Positions 50,613 through 63,554 of a stretch of DNA of 64,000 nucleotides are shown one piece after another. Each line of letters opens with the position of its first letter. The stretch's first letter is position 1. Below the pieces are notes generated by a model, which saw nothing but the letters and a program-made list of their open reading frames with translations, was not told the DNA's origin and did no database searches. A program made the translations under genes and the position numbers. Source of the DNA: Octopus sinensis (taxonomy: Eukaryota); contig NC_042998.1 in the NCBI RefSeq assembly GCF_006345805.1, forward strand, positions 197,594,001-197,658,000. Reading direction: 5' to 3'.

Positions 50613-51633
50613 CTAGGGAGGAAAAGAATTATGTGTAATAATTTTATGGTAACATATCTCTTTAGTAATAATGGTATGCTTAATTAGGATGGTGTGTTAA
50701 TTGTGGCACACAAGTCATCATCATCATCATCGTCGTCGTTTAGCGTCCGCTTTCCATGCTAGCATGGGTTGGACGGTTCAACTGGGGTCTGGGAAGCCAG
50801 AAGGCTGCACCAGGCCCAGTCTGATCTGGCAATGTTTCTACGGCTGGATGCCCTTCCTAACGCCAACCACTCCATGAGTGTAGTGGGTGCTTTTTATGTG
50901 CCACCGGCACAGGTGCCAGACGAGGCTGGCAAACGGCCACGATTGGATAGCGCTTTTACATGCCACCGGCATGGGGGCCAGACGAGGCTGGCAACGGTCA
51001 CGAATGGATGGTGCTTTTTACGTGCCACCGGCACAAGGCCAAGCTCAATTTGCCTCGTATTCATGTGAGTCTGTTTATAAATGTCCTTCTGTGACATTTT
51101 GGCTGAGTGTCTTGCATTACAGCCTTCGGTTGACCCAAGAAGCTCTGAGAATGAAATTAAGCAAATAGAAACTATATAAAAGAACATCAGATGGATTATA
51201 TTTGCCTATGAGTTTGAATGGATTTGTTTAGCAGTGTGTGGTCTATGGATGTGATTTAAGGAGGTCTTTGACCTTAGAGAAACTCAACGTCTTTGTTGCT
51301 ACCCCTGACAGCAAAATCCTTTTAGTTGGGGTTTATTTTTCTCATTCTTCAACCAATCCTGGGAGATCCTGCAAAAGATCATGGATTTACTCTTCTTCCT
51401 TTACCAATTCATCTATGCCTGATTCTCTTCAGAATAAAGCAGTTTTATATTTCTAAGATGAGGAATTAGTGGCATTTCGTTCATCTTTATGTTCTGAGTT
51501 CAAATTCTGCTGAGGTTGACTTTGCCTTTCATCCTTTCGGGGTCGTTAAAATAAGTACCAATTGAGCATTGGGGATCGATATAACCAACTTAGCTCCTCC
51601 CCAAAATTTGCTAGTCTTGTGTCAAAATTTAGA

Positions 51634-51657
51634 ATTATTATTATTACTACTATTATT

Positions 51658-51724
<67 letters not shown>

Positions 51725-51799
51725 TCATCATCATCATCATCATCATTATTATTATTATTATTATTATTGTTATTATTATTACTGTTATTATTATTATTG

Positions 51800-51830
<31 letters not shown>

Positions 51831-51931
51831 CATTATTATTATTATTACTGTTGTTATTATTATTATTATTATTATTATATTATTATTATTATTATTATTA
51901 TTGTTATTATTATCATTATTATTATTATTAC

Positions 51932-51979
<48 letters not shown>

Positions 51980-51985
51980 TGTTAA

Positions 51986-52034
<49 letters not shown>

Positions 52035-52092
52035 GTTATTATTATTGTTATTATTATTATTATTATTATTATTGTTATTATTATTATTATTG
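51634..52092. repeat. Compound trinucleotide microsatellite (ATT/GTT/GTC/ATC/ATT)
   Basis: Direct reading; explains the poly-I/L/Y ORFs. Confidence 0.97.
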
Positions 52093-54890
52093 CCTTTGCA
52101 CAGCTTCTAACGCTGTAGATGTACTACAGTGTCAGCTGTTCACGACCAGTGAACTAAGGTAACACTTCTTATTTTTCAAGCACCTTCTGGAGTATTTGAG
52201 CGATTCCAAGCAGTGCTGTTTTCTACAAGTGCTCCACCCTTATTGCAGCCCCTATTTGTTCCATGTATTTCTCAAGACTTTTGCTCACTGTTCCCAGGGC
52301 TCCGACAAATACTATGTATCAATTGGAGTGGTGTTCTCATCTTGATTGTTGCTTTCATTATGTATCAGCTGTATACATTACAACCTTCTTCAGGTGTCTT
52401 GTGATTCACCTTTAGTGCTTTGCCTGTTGTTTGTTGTTTGCACCCTTTGCAAACAACACTAGGACACTGAGATAGTGTCTAAAGTCCTTCTGGTGACGTT
52501 GATCGCCTGGGGCTAAAAGCATCAGTAACACCCCCACCCCCACCCCCCCAGAGGCTAGCCACATTCAGATGGCTGATACCCCTTACGTTGTCGACCGGTT
52601 ACTGTTTATATCTCGTTCAGAGATTTATTATTGTTTTTATTGATTGTTCTCCCTTAAATTGGTTACAATACTACTACTAAGCATTAGCATGTATATGGAC
52701 TATTTTAGAAAAAATAACTTTTATATAAATAAACAAAATATTATATAAATATAAATAAACTAAATACTAAAGCAAAGGCGGCGAGCTGGCAGAACCATTA
52801 GCACGCTGGGCGAAATGCGTAGCCGTATTTCGTCTACTGTTACGTTCCGTGTTCAAATTCCGCCGAGGTCGACTTTGCCTTTCATCCTTTCGGGGTCGAT
52901 AAATTAAGTACCAGTTACGCACTGGAGTCGATATAATCGACTTAAATTCGTTTGTCTGTCCTTGTTTGTCCCCTCTATGTTTAGCCCCTTGTGGGTAGTA
53001 AAGAAACATAAATACTAAAGCAAAGGACCACTGATGAGGTCACAGGAGTGTGACGAAAGACCTCTGGCCGAAATAAGATTAAGATTACAAAATAAATAAC
53101 GCTGAAGCAAAGTAACACCAAATATATAGTGCGTGTGTTTTTATTGGCTAAACTGGCAAAATGACCATTCCTAAGTACAACAATAAACTAAATAATATTA
53201 TATATTTAATCTATTTGTGAGCAGGAATAGGATTGATGGCTACCAAGAGTCAGCAGACATTTGGAAGGAATGACAACAGAGCAGTGAAAGTTAGCAGCCC
53301 TATGTGCATCTTTTGAAAGGAAGAACCAACAGAAATGTATTTCCAATTTTAGGAAATATCCTCCAAGGATTCCTGAATGGGTTGGTGATGAGAATCTTAT
53401 TTGGTGGGCCAAAAGATATTAATGTTTGGTAACAGATTTATAGTAATGAAAATGAGATGTATTTGTAACAAAGTCTGTAAAAACTGGTATGGCCTGAAGA
53501 TTTAATAGGACAAGAGGAAATGTGCATAGATGGTAGTGAGATTCAGGGGAAGCCAAGCCTGAATTCATCTGCAGTTACTGGATACATAAGCCCAAACTTA
53601 TGCAGAGTAATAGAACATCATTGAATGATATATAGGAGCACTGTCGGTTCCGACGACGAGGGTTCCGGTTGATCCGATCAACGGAACAGCCTGCTCGTGG
53701 AATTAACGTGCATGTGGCTGAGCAATCCACAGACACGTGTACCCTTAACGTAGTTCTCGGGGATATTCAGCGCGACACAGAGTGTGACAAAGCTGGCCCT
53801 TTGAAATACAGGTACAACAGAAACAGGAAGAAAGAGTGAGAGAAAGTTGTGGTGAAAGAGTACAGCAGGGATCACCACCATCCACTGCAGGAGCCTTGTG
53901 AAGCTTTAGGTGTTTTCGCTCAATAAACACTCACAACGCCCGGTCTGGGAATCGAAACCGCGAACCTATGACCGCGAGTCCGCTGGCCTAACCACTGGGC
54001 CATTCTCCACCATTGAATGATATGGCCCTTAGCTATCAAAGGAAAGAGTAGCTCTAGTTTAATGTAAATGTTGATTCCATCTTGGAGGCAGTAGTTATGG
54101 GTGATGCTGATTGATGTCTCCAGATGGTTGCCACCTCAATCATTAGTCTTGAAACCGAGAAGTTCATGCTAAATAAGAAGACTACATCAAAATTTCCCTA
54201 CAGCATAAATGACAGAGCAAGTGAGATATACCAGTTCAAGCAAGAGCTGAAGAACTTGAGGTGGCAGCTGAGTGTGTACTTATGGGGTCAAATACAGTCA
54301 TCATCATTGCCTAACGTCTGCTTTCCATGCTAGCATGGGTTGGACGATTTTGACTGAGGGCTGGCGAACCAAATGGCTGCACCAGGCTCCAATCTTGATC
54401 TGGCAATGTTTCTACAGCTGGATGCCCTTCCTAATGCCAACCACTCCGAGAGTGTAGTGGGTGCTTTTTACATGCCACCGACATGGGGCCAGTCAGGCGG
54501 TACTGGCAATGACCTCGCTCGAATCTTTTTACACATGCCACCGGCACAGGTGCAAGTAAGGCGACATTGGTAACGATCATGCTCGAATGGTGCCCTTTTA
54601 CGTGCCATGGCACGGGGGCCAGTCAGGCAGTACTGGCAATGACCTCGCTTGAATCTTTTTACACATGCCACTGGCACAGGTGCCAGTAAGACGACGTTGG
54701 TCACGATCATGCTCGAATGGTGACCTTTTATGTGCCATGGCACGGGGGCCAGTCAGGCAGTACTGGCAATGACCTCGCTCGAATCTTTTTACACATGCCA
54801 CCGGCACAGGTGCCAGTAAGGCGACACTAGTACACAAGCACTCGTGCATGCACACGCGCGCACACACGCACACACGCACACACACACACA

Positions 54891-54921
<31 letters not shown>

Positions 54922-56702
54922 CAGAACAAAAAGCAGAAAAACCATAAATTTCACAAAGGTCATAGTTTGTGGTCGACAGCTGTTTCTTTGGCATCAAAAC
55001 AACATTATTTATGCATTTAAGGTATGTCAATAAAACACCTTTTTAACAAAAATTATGAAGTAATTTATGCTTTCCCTCCTATTATTCTAAATATGTTACT
55101 CTCAACAATCGTTAAAGCCACTTCTAATACGTGCAAGTTTGTTCTACAAGGGATTACTTGGCGTTTAACAATGGTTCATTTATTGAGATCTTCATTACTG
55201 TAAATATACTTTTCAATGTTTATATGTGAATTCGCTCTCTCTTGATATATATATATATATATGTATACATATATACATACCAGCTCTACCTGCAGAGCTC
55301 AGATCACCTGTTTATTATTCATCAATCACATTCTCTCTCTTGCCAGCTCACATCACCATTCTGTACTGCTGGTCCCACCCATACACCCATTTCTACAAAT
55401 ATCCATCATTTGCTCTCTTCTGCTGTTCTCTGCAACCACCATCTCTTTCTTTCTATCCTGGTATTAGAGACTCCTTGCCATAACTTCCTTTCTTTCATCA
55501 CCAGAGGGTTAGTACTCTCTTCCATTTCCAATCTACTTCTGTGATGTCAGCCCAACTAACTGTCTCCCCAACCATAGTCTTGTTTCAATCTTTTTTCCAC
55601 AGCACCACCTTGACTGGCTTCTGTGTTGGTGGCACATGACCTGGTGTGCTTGAGGAGACCTACTGAGTCTAGTACATCAACATCAAAATAAATATCAAAT
55701 GAAAATTGTAGTTGTGATCCCTGTGCCAGCAGCACGTAAAAAGCACCATCCGAATGTGGCTGATGCCAGCCTCCCCTGATACCTGTGCCGGTGGCACGTA
55801 AAAAGCACCCACTACAATCATGGAGTGGTTGGCGTTAGGAAGGGCATCCAGCTGTAGAAACCCTGCCAAATCAAGATTGGAGCTTGGTGCAGCCTCCTGG
55901 CTTCCCAGACCCCAGTCGAACCGTCCAACCCATGCTAGCATGGAAAACGGATGTTAAACGATGATGATGATGATGAGTTCACCTTCTACAACCAGCCTCT
56001 CTCTCACTTTCCTTCTGCTAGTCATCCCTGTTACCTTGATCCAATGGAGACAACACACAGTAGTAAGGATCTGTTGTGTCTTGCTGAGTAGAAGGTAATA
56101 TCAATATTGCTGGTGCCATGAGGAAAAGCACTCGGCACACTCAGTAAAGGGGTTGATGAATGAGTGGAGATAATATAAGCTTGAGAGGACTCCTTAGTTC
56201 TGTTTCCATTAAGGACAAGACAACCTCTTTTGTTGGTGGCATATTATTTCCACATTGTACATTTCCGAGCGTGGCCGTTCGCCAGCCTCGTCTGGCACCT
56301 GTGTCGGTGGCACATAAAAATCACCCACTACACTCACGGAGTGGTTGGCGTTAGGAAGGGCATCCAGCTGTAGAAACTCTGCTGGATATGACTGGCCTGG
56401 TGCAGCCTCCAGGCTTCCCAGACCCCAGTTAAACCGTCCAACCCATGCTAGCATGGAAAGCGGACGTTAAACGATGATGATGATGATGATGATGTACACT
56501 CTGTGAAGTGGTTGTTGCTAGAAAGTGCATTTGGCCATAAAGAGCATGCTAATTAAAACATGAACGAGACATATAGGAAGAGGTCAGTGACTCTAAATAA
56601 GAATCGACTTGGACTGTGACAAACCATCCGACCCATGACATCATGGAAAGTGGACATAAAATGACAACGAAGACATTGATAATGATGACGATGTTGTTGA
56701 TG

Positions 56703-56750
<48 letters not shown>

Positions 56751-57816
56751 TGCATGCATGCATGCACGTACGTGTGCATGCGGGTTTCTTTTTTGTTTAT
56801 CATCATCATCATCGTCGTCGTTTAACGTCCGTTTTCCATGCTAGCATGGGTTGGACGGTTCAACCTGGGATCTGGGAAGCCAGGAGGCTGCACCAGGCTC
56901 CAGTCTGATCTGGCAGTATTTCTACAGCTGGATGCCCTTCCTAACGCCAACCACTCCATGAGTGTAGTGGGTGCTTTTTATGTGCCACCCGCACAGGGGC
57001 CAGTCAAAATGCGTTGGCATTTATTCTTACTATGTGTTTGAAAATGCTTGTTTTGAAGGCCAAGGTTAATGTAATTGAAAATTATATTAAATTTAACTCT
57101 ACATAATAATGGTGGTGCTCCAGAATGACCGCAGATGCATGGCTGAAACAAGTAAAAGAGTATAAAAGAATAATCAGTTATATTGCATGTCCCTAACTGA
57201 TGTTTGTAACTTGCTTATTCTGTTACTTGTCATATTCTTCTTCCCCCTCCTCTACTACCATTACCTATTTCTTTTACTACCCACAAGGGGCCAAACAAGG
57301 ACAAACGGATTAAGTCGATTATATTGACCCCAGTGCGTAACTAGTACTTGATTTATTGACTCCGAAAGGATGAAAGGCAAAGTCGACCTCGGCGGAATCT
57401 GAACTCAGAACATAGCTGCAGATGAAATACAGCTACACATTTCACCCGGCGCGCTAACGTTTCTGCAGACGTGTTGATCTGATAGGGAGCTACCACGTGC
57501 AAATATTGACACAATAGATGATGACTGCATAAACTGACACAATATGCAGATGTTGACTGTACAGATAGACACAATGTGTAGATATTGACCATATAGAAGG
57601 ACATAGTGTGTAGGATTTGAGTAGAGAGATGTAGTGTGTAGATGTTTAGGGAGATTGATAGACACAACTGTAAATGATGACTGAACAAGCAGGCATTTAT
57701 GTAGATGGAGAGTGTCAGACAATTCGGTTAATCACTCAGAAACTCACATGCCACTTATTTTTTATGAAATTCCTGAAGCTTCATATATTTCACAATAATT
57801 CAGGTTAATGACTTAC

Positions 57817-57929
57817 ATATTGTACTGAAATTTTTTCCTGGAAGGTTCAGGTATGTTTCCATGAATTTTGCCTTTCCTGGACAGATTTGGGTATAGCTGC
57901 TTCTCCATTTCCATTGACAAGTATTGTCC
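57817..57929 (-). CDS. Tandem-lipocalin gene, domain 1 middle exon
   Basis: tttcattcttcatcag|G ... ATAT|gtaagt; DNTCQWKWRSSYTQICPGKAKFMETYLNLPGKNFSTI resembles RBP4 [23 protein letters not shown] (recalled); 113 nt, phase 2 to 1. Confidence 0.82.
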
Positions 57930-60113
57930 CTGATGAAGAATGAAATACATTTAAGTACAGAGCCCATGAATGAAATGGTTGCATTACAGACAATGTCTTT
58001 CAGTGAATCCTAATTTGTATTGTTGACCAGTTATTGTGAAGTATTATTGTGCATTTGTATTTGTCTGTTTATTCTTCTATGTTCTTCATTGTATAAGTTA
58101 TACATATCAGTGCAGTGGACAGTCACAGAGAAAGATGTATACCGTAAATCCTCGAGTATAGTCCGCCCTTGAGTATAATACACAGGGGATTTTTAGGGGG
58201 CTGTACCTCAGAAAAACCTAAACCTTGTGTATAATACGCACCCCTTCTCTAACTTGAATCAAGGAGGTCTATATACACTCCAACTTAATCACACATTCCT
58301 GTTTGATGCCTATAACACACAATGTCACCATTTTGAATTCCACTCCACACAGAGCAAAAAACGTTTCTTAAACCCTTCAGCATTTAAACTGGCCAAATCC
58401 GACCCAACCCATTCTACCTGTTTTATGTTTTAGCTAGATCTGGTCACCCACACCTATTCTATAATGTCATTTTAAAAATGAACAATCACATCATCAAAAT
58501 CTTGCAGCTACCGTAAATCCTCGAGTACAGTCCGCCCTTGAGTATAATACGCTGGGGATTTTTAGGGGGTTGTACCTCTGAAAAACTTAAACCTTGTGTA
58601 TAATACACACCCCTTCTATAACTTGAGTCAAAGAGGTCTATATAACGTCCTTGGTTTGTGAAACTGTATACGGTAACGTCCTTTATTATTATTGTATATA
58701 TAACATAATGCAAACGTGTAGCTTTTTTGTGCATTTTGTTCGCAGAAAATAAAGAAATAACAGTAATAACGTTTAATAAATGTTGCTTACTGCAAGTTAT
58801 GGATGATTCTTTTATGACTTCATTGCTTTCAGGCTTAGCTTAAGGTATTTTCGTGCCCGACATCACAAAAGTCATAGAGAAAGATGTATACTGTAAATCC
58901 TTGAGTATAGTCTTCCCTTGAGTATAATATGCAGGGGATTTTTAGGGGGCTGTATCTCAGAAAAACCTAAACCTTGTGTATAATACGCACTCCTTCTATA
59001 ACTTGAGTCAAGAAAGTCTATATAACGTCCTTGGTTTGTGAAAATGTATACGGTAACGTCCTTTATTATTATTGTATATATAACATAATGCAAACGTGTA
59101 GCTTTTTTGTGCATTTTGTTCGCAGAAAATAAAGAAATAACAGTAATAACGTTTAATAAATGTTGCTTATTGCAAGTTATGGATGATTCTTTTATGACTT
59201 CATTGCTTTCAGGCTTAGCTTAAGGTATTTTTGCGCCCAACATCACAAAATGCGTCTGAATAAACATTGCCAGACAGCAAATAGAGACTCGGACATTGCT
59301 CAGAAAATAATTTTCATTTTTAACCTCGTATATAGTACGCACTAGGGATTTTGACCTTTAAATTTTTTGGGGAAAAAAATGCTGATTATACTCGAGGATT
59401 TACGGCAGTTCATAACTTGTCCTCTGTATCTCATTGCATCTGTGGCTAAGACTCTTAACTTTGAAGTGCACTTAATTATGAACTAGGTACTGCAGTATGT
59501 TAACAACTTATTGCTTCAAACAACATCAATAAAGATTTATTAACTTCCAGCAACAAGTTCAATTTCAGCTTGGGGCAGACAGAGACTACTTTTCTCCTAT
59601 TCATAACACTTAATGCAGGTAAATTGAAAACAGTTTGCAAACTTCTGGATTATTGTGATTTGGAAATTCTTCGCTTTATTTTATTCTACAATGGTGTTCG
59701 TTTGCTGATCATGCGAATAAGTAAGTGTTTATGTTATAGTAGTTATGGTGCTAGATTGTAGTGCATCGAATAGGATGGACAGCAAAAAGAGACAGAAGAA
59801 GAGAGCAATTTGTGGTATTGCAGTAGAATACATTTTTTACACTAGTGCAACAGTAAGCTTATAAATGTAAATATGATGCAGTGACATTATGTTATTGTTG
59901 TCGGTCTTAAAGTCTTATATTGCGATGTTGAACATTCCAATATTGTTTGGGTGTAGCAATGTTAGAGTTGCAGTGTGGTTAAAGATGTTAGAAATGTTAG
60001 AACTGTAGTGTTATTAGTGGTGCAATTTAGATAGTATGCAGTGGTATCATTGGTGGTGTTATTAATACAGAAGTGTTTCTAGTTAAAAGTGTCGGTCTGA
60101 AATGGTATTAATA

Positions 60114-60530
60114 TAGGCGCAGGAGTGGCTGTGTGGTAAGTAGCTTGCTTACCAACCACATGGTTCCGGGTTCAGTCCCACTGCGTGGCATCTTGGGCAA
60201 GTGTCTTCTGCTATAGCCCAGGGCTGACCAATGCCTTGTGAGTGGATTTGGTAGACAGAAACTGAAAGAAGCCTGTCGTATATATGTATATATATATATA
60301 TATGTGTGTGTGTGTATGTGTTTGTGTGTCTGTGTTTGTTCCCCTAGCATTGCTTGACAACCGATGCTGGTGTGTTTACGTCCCCGTCACTTAGCGGTTC
60401 GGCAAAAGAGACTGATAGAATAAGTACTGGGCTTAGAAAGAATGAGCCCGGGGTCGATTTGCTCGACTAAAAGGCGGTGCTCCAGCATGGCCACAGTCAA
60501 ATGACTGAAACAAGTAAAAGAGTAAAAGAG
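60114..60530 (+). mobile_element. tRNA-derived SINE family A (central (TA)n, AAAGAGT tail)
   Basis: aggcgcaggagtggctgtgtggtaag...gttccgggttcagtccc (A/B boxes) ... gtaaaagagtaaaagag. Copies at about 8785-9180, 11500-11908, 19873-20290, 33695-34127, 36622-37020, 38358-38760, 39740-40170, 47035-47440 and 48380-48670. Confidence 0.9.
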
Positions 60531-61094
60531 TGATACTGTTGTGGCAATCATAGAATTATTGATGTTGCAAAGGTGTTTATATTGTAGTGTAGTAGTTGTA
60601 ATAGTATTAGTGTGCAATAGTGTCGGTATTGTAGTGCTGTTAATTCTACATTGATGTTAGTGTGCAGCATTATCAGTGGCGCTGTGGTGTTAATGCACAT
60701 TGGTATTAATGTACATGTAAACAGATGTTGGTGTCAAAATGATATAGTGTGCAAGTGTGACATGTGTAATCCAATATTGAGCACAAATACATGCGTATAT
60801 TTTGGTGTGGTGAAAATCTATATTGCATACATAATGCATTAGTGCAGGTGGTTTTAGTGACTGCACGCACAATAGTATCAATAGTCGTGTAAGCTGTGTA
60901 GTACATAAGAGGTGCAATCTTTTAAATGTGTCCACAAGGATCATCTTTGTGGTTGCATGGATGTACACAGAATGTTATGATGACATCTGGACAATTTATA
61001 AGTTACCATAGCAACGTATGGGATAGATGAGGGAAAACGAAGCAGTTAGCATGGATATATAATGACAACAGATGAATGATAAAAAGGTTGTTAC

Positions 61095-61201
61095 TTTGGT
61101 TGGCACCGGTCAATGATCAAAGTGTCTGGTAGTGTGGTGATGTTCACAACGGATCCTGGAATACTATTCATAGCAGCAACGACATACCAAATACCATCCA
61201 A
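61095..61201 (-). CDS. Tandem-lipocalin gene, domain 1 GxWY exon
   Basis: Acceptor ttttctcttctaaatctgtcacctag|TTG, donor CCAAA|gtaaca; LDGIWYVVAAMNSIPGSVVNITTLPDTLIIDRCQP contains lipocalin SCR1 (GxWY); 107 nt, phase 0 to 2. Confidence 0.8.
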
Positions 61202-62636
61202 CTAGGTGACAGATTTAGAAGAGAAAATGACAGTTAAGATTATTATTATTATTATCAAGCTTTACATGCACCAACGTTATCTTGAGGTTTGGTAACAACA
61301 AGTCTCCTCAAATGGTTGCATTACAGACAATGTCTTTCAGTGGATTCTAATTTGTGTTGTTGACCAGTTATTGTGAAGTGTTATTGTCCATTTGTATTTT
61401 TTCTGTTTATCCTTCTATGTTCTTCATTGTATAAGTTATACATATCAGTGCAGTGGACAGTCATAGAGAAAGATGTATACCGAAAATCCTTGAGTATAGT
61501 CCTCCCTTGAGTATAATACACAGGGGATTTTTAGGGGGCTGTACCTCAGAAAAACCTAAACCTTGTGTATAATACACACCCCTTCTATAACTTGAGTCAA
61601 AGAGGTCTATATAACGTCATTGGTTTGTAAAACTGTATACGGTAACGTCCTTTATTATTATTGTATATATAACATAATGCAAACGTGTTAGGCTATTTGC
61701 AGAATAAAGGATGGTACTTTTCAGTAGGTTGACAAAATGTGTTTTAATTTCAATCTCTTTCAGTCTTTTTAGGTAGCACTTTGGGTTCTGTGCCAAATGC
61801 ACAAATTACCACCATAGGAATAATTGTTTCTTAGACTTCCAGAGTCTTTTCAGCTCTTTGGCTAGATCCTGATATTTCTCAATTTTTTCAATTTCTTTGG
61901 TACCCACTCTATTATCATAGGGAATTGCAAAACCTCTGATCTTACACTGTTTAATTATTTTGCCCTCTATAATTATATCTGGTCTTCTTGCTTTCATAGT
62001 ATGGTCAGACTTTATGAAGAAGCCGTGTAAGATGGCTGCAGTCTAATGACTGAAACCAGTGAACGATCAAAACTATAGAGGCGCCCTGATGCAGTACCAG
62101 GCAGTGGCTCTCATGGCTTCTGATCTTAACTGATTGGAAGTGTTATCATGTACATTGTTTTGTCTTGGTATAAAAGATAGGCTACAGCAAATATTCTGCT
62201 CAATACCACAGATTTGCTTGTCAGTTGTTTGACCTTAACCAGTTGAGCATGTCCCTTAGTGGCTGACGATATGTGCATCTCTGATCACGAGCAGAAGTAG
62301 TGGGGGAGCATCATAGCCATGTGTTGAGAGGGAGTCTTTGGGGTTTGAATAGTTCACCTCTGGAAACATGGGTGGTTCTTTCAACATCCTTAAACAACCC
62401 TTATTCAGGGACCGTGTGAGCGGGATGAGCTACTCAACCTGAAGAAAATTCTAACTGGGCCCCACCTGCAAGGTCATGTGCTGTTTATCTTGATATGAGA
62501 TCACCATGTCGCGCACATATGGTTGTGATGCATGTGCCTGGTGTACCTTTATCAGACAGGTAGTCATGATGGGTATATTGGGCTTCGTATATTTTACCCC
62601 AGTGTCACTTTGATGGCATGAACTGCTCTCTCACTC

Positions 62637-62679
<43 letters not shown>

Positions 62680-62680
<1 letters not shown>

Positions 62681-63275
62681 TGACCACATCTCACTCCTCT
62701 GGAACTTCACCATTCAAACTAACAGAAAGATAGATGCAAATAGGCCAGACATCATATTGAAAGACTTCAAACAAAGAACATGCCTCCTCATTGATATGAC
62801 TGTCCCAATCGATATAAACGTATCTGTCAAGACCTACCAAAAACTGAGCAAATATAAAGATCTTGAAATAGAAATCAGCAAAATGTGGAAGCTGAAGACT
62901 AAAACAATACCTGTTGTCATAGGTGCCCTGGGAATGATAGCAAAAGGGGCTGATAGCTACCTAACTCAGATACCAGGAAACCCAAAAATGGCAGAAATTC
63001 AAAAGATAGTGCTCATGGGAACTGCTCATATCCTACGCAAAATACTTTCTATGTAATCTCAAGGTTTAAAGCAAACATAATTTTTGGTTTAAAAAAAAAA
63101 ACAAAAAAAAAAACATTTTTTTTTAGACATTCATTAGTACAACACCCCACCCCGCAAATATATGGCACACTAGGCATAACAACAACATGAACTTCCAAAC
63201 CTGTTGTCTCTTGAGGTCTCTGGGTGAGACTTGGAGCCAACTTGTACAAATATAAAGCAAAAGTCAAACATAGAA
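62680..63275 (+). mobile_element. 5'-truncated Dong/R4-type non-LTR retrotransposon (REL endonuclease end) in (TAA)n
   Basis: ORF end RPDIILKDFKQRTCLLIDMTVP...KLSKYKDL...PVVIGALG...QKIVLMGTAHILRKIL, flanked by TAA repeats. Related minus-strand fragments at about 61700-62010 and 52095-52290. Confidence 0.8.
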
Positions 63276-63301
63276 TAATAATAATAATAATATTATTATT
63301 A

Positions 63302-63343
<42 letters not shown>

Positions 63344-63509
63344 TATGTTTGACTTTTGCTTTATGTCTGTACAAGTTGGCTCCAAGTCTCACCCAGAGAC
63401 CTCAAGAGACAACAGGTTGGAAGTTCACGTTGTTATGCCTAGCGTGCCATATATATATATCTTTTTTTGGTGTTGTACTAGTGAATGTCTAATACATAAA
63501 AAAATATTA

Positions 63510-63554
<45 letters not shown>

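Noticed and set aside
51546-52110. Poly-Ile/Leu/Tyr/Thr ORFs
   Set aside because: Trinucleotide microsatellite translations.
53025-53075. CTGATGA-stem II-GAAA hammerhead-like core
   Set aside because: No stem I or III partner could be found downstream, so it is at best a truncated remnant.
62085-62145. Weak U2 snRNA-like words on the minus strand
   Set aside because: Only two short imperfect matches, with no Sm site or branch-point-recognition sequence.
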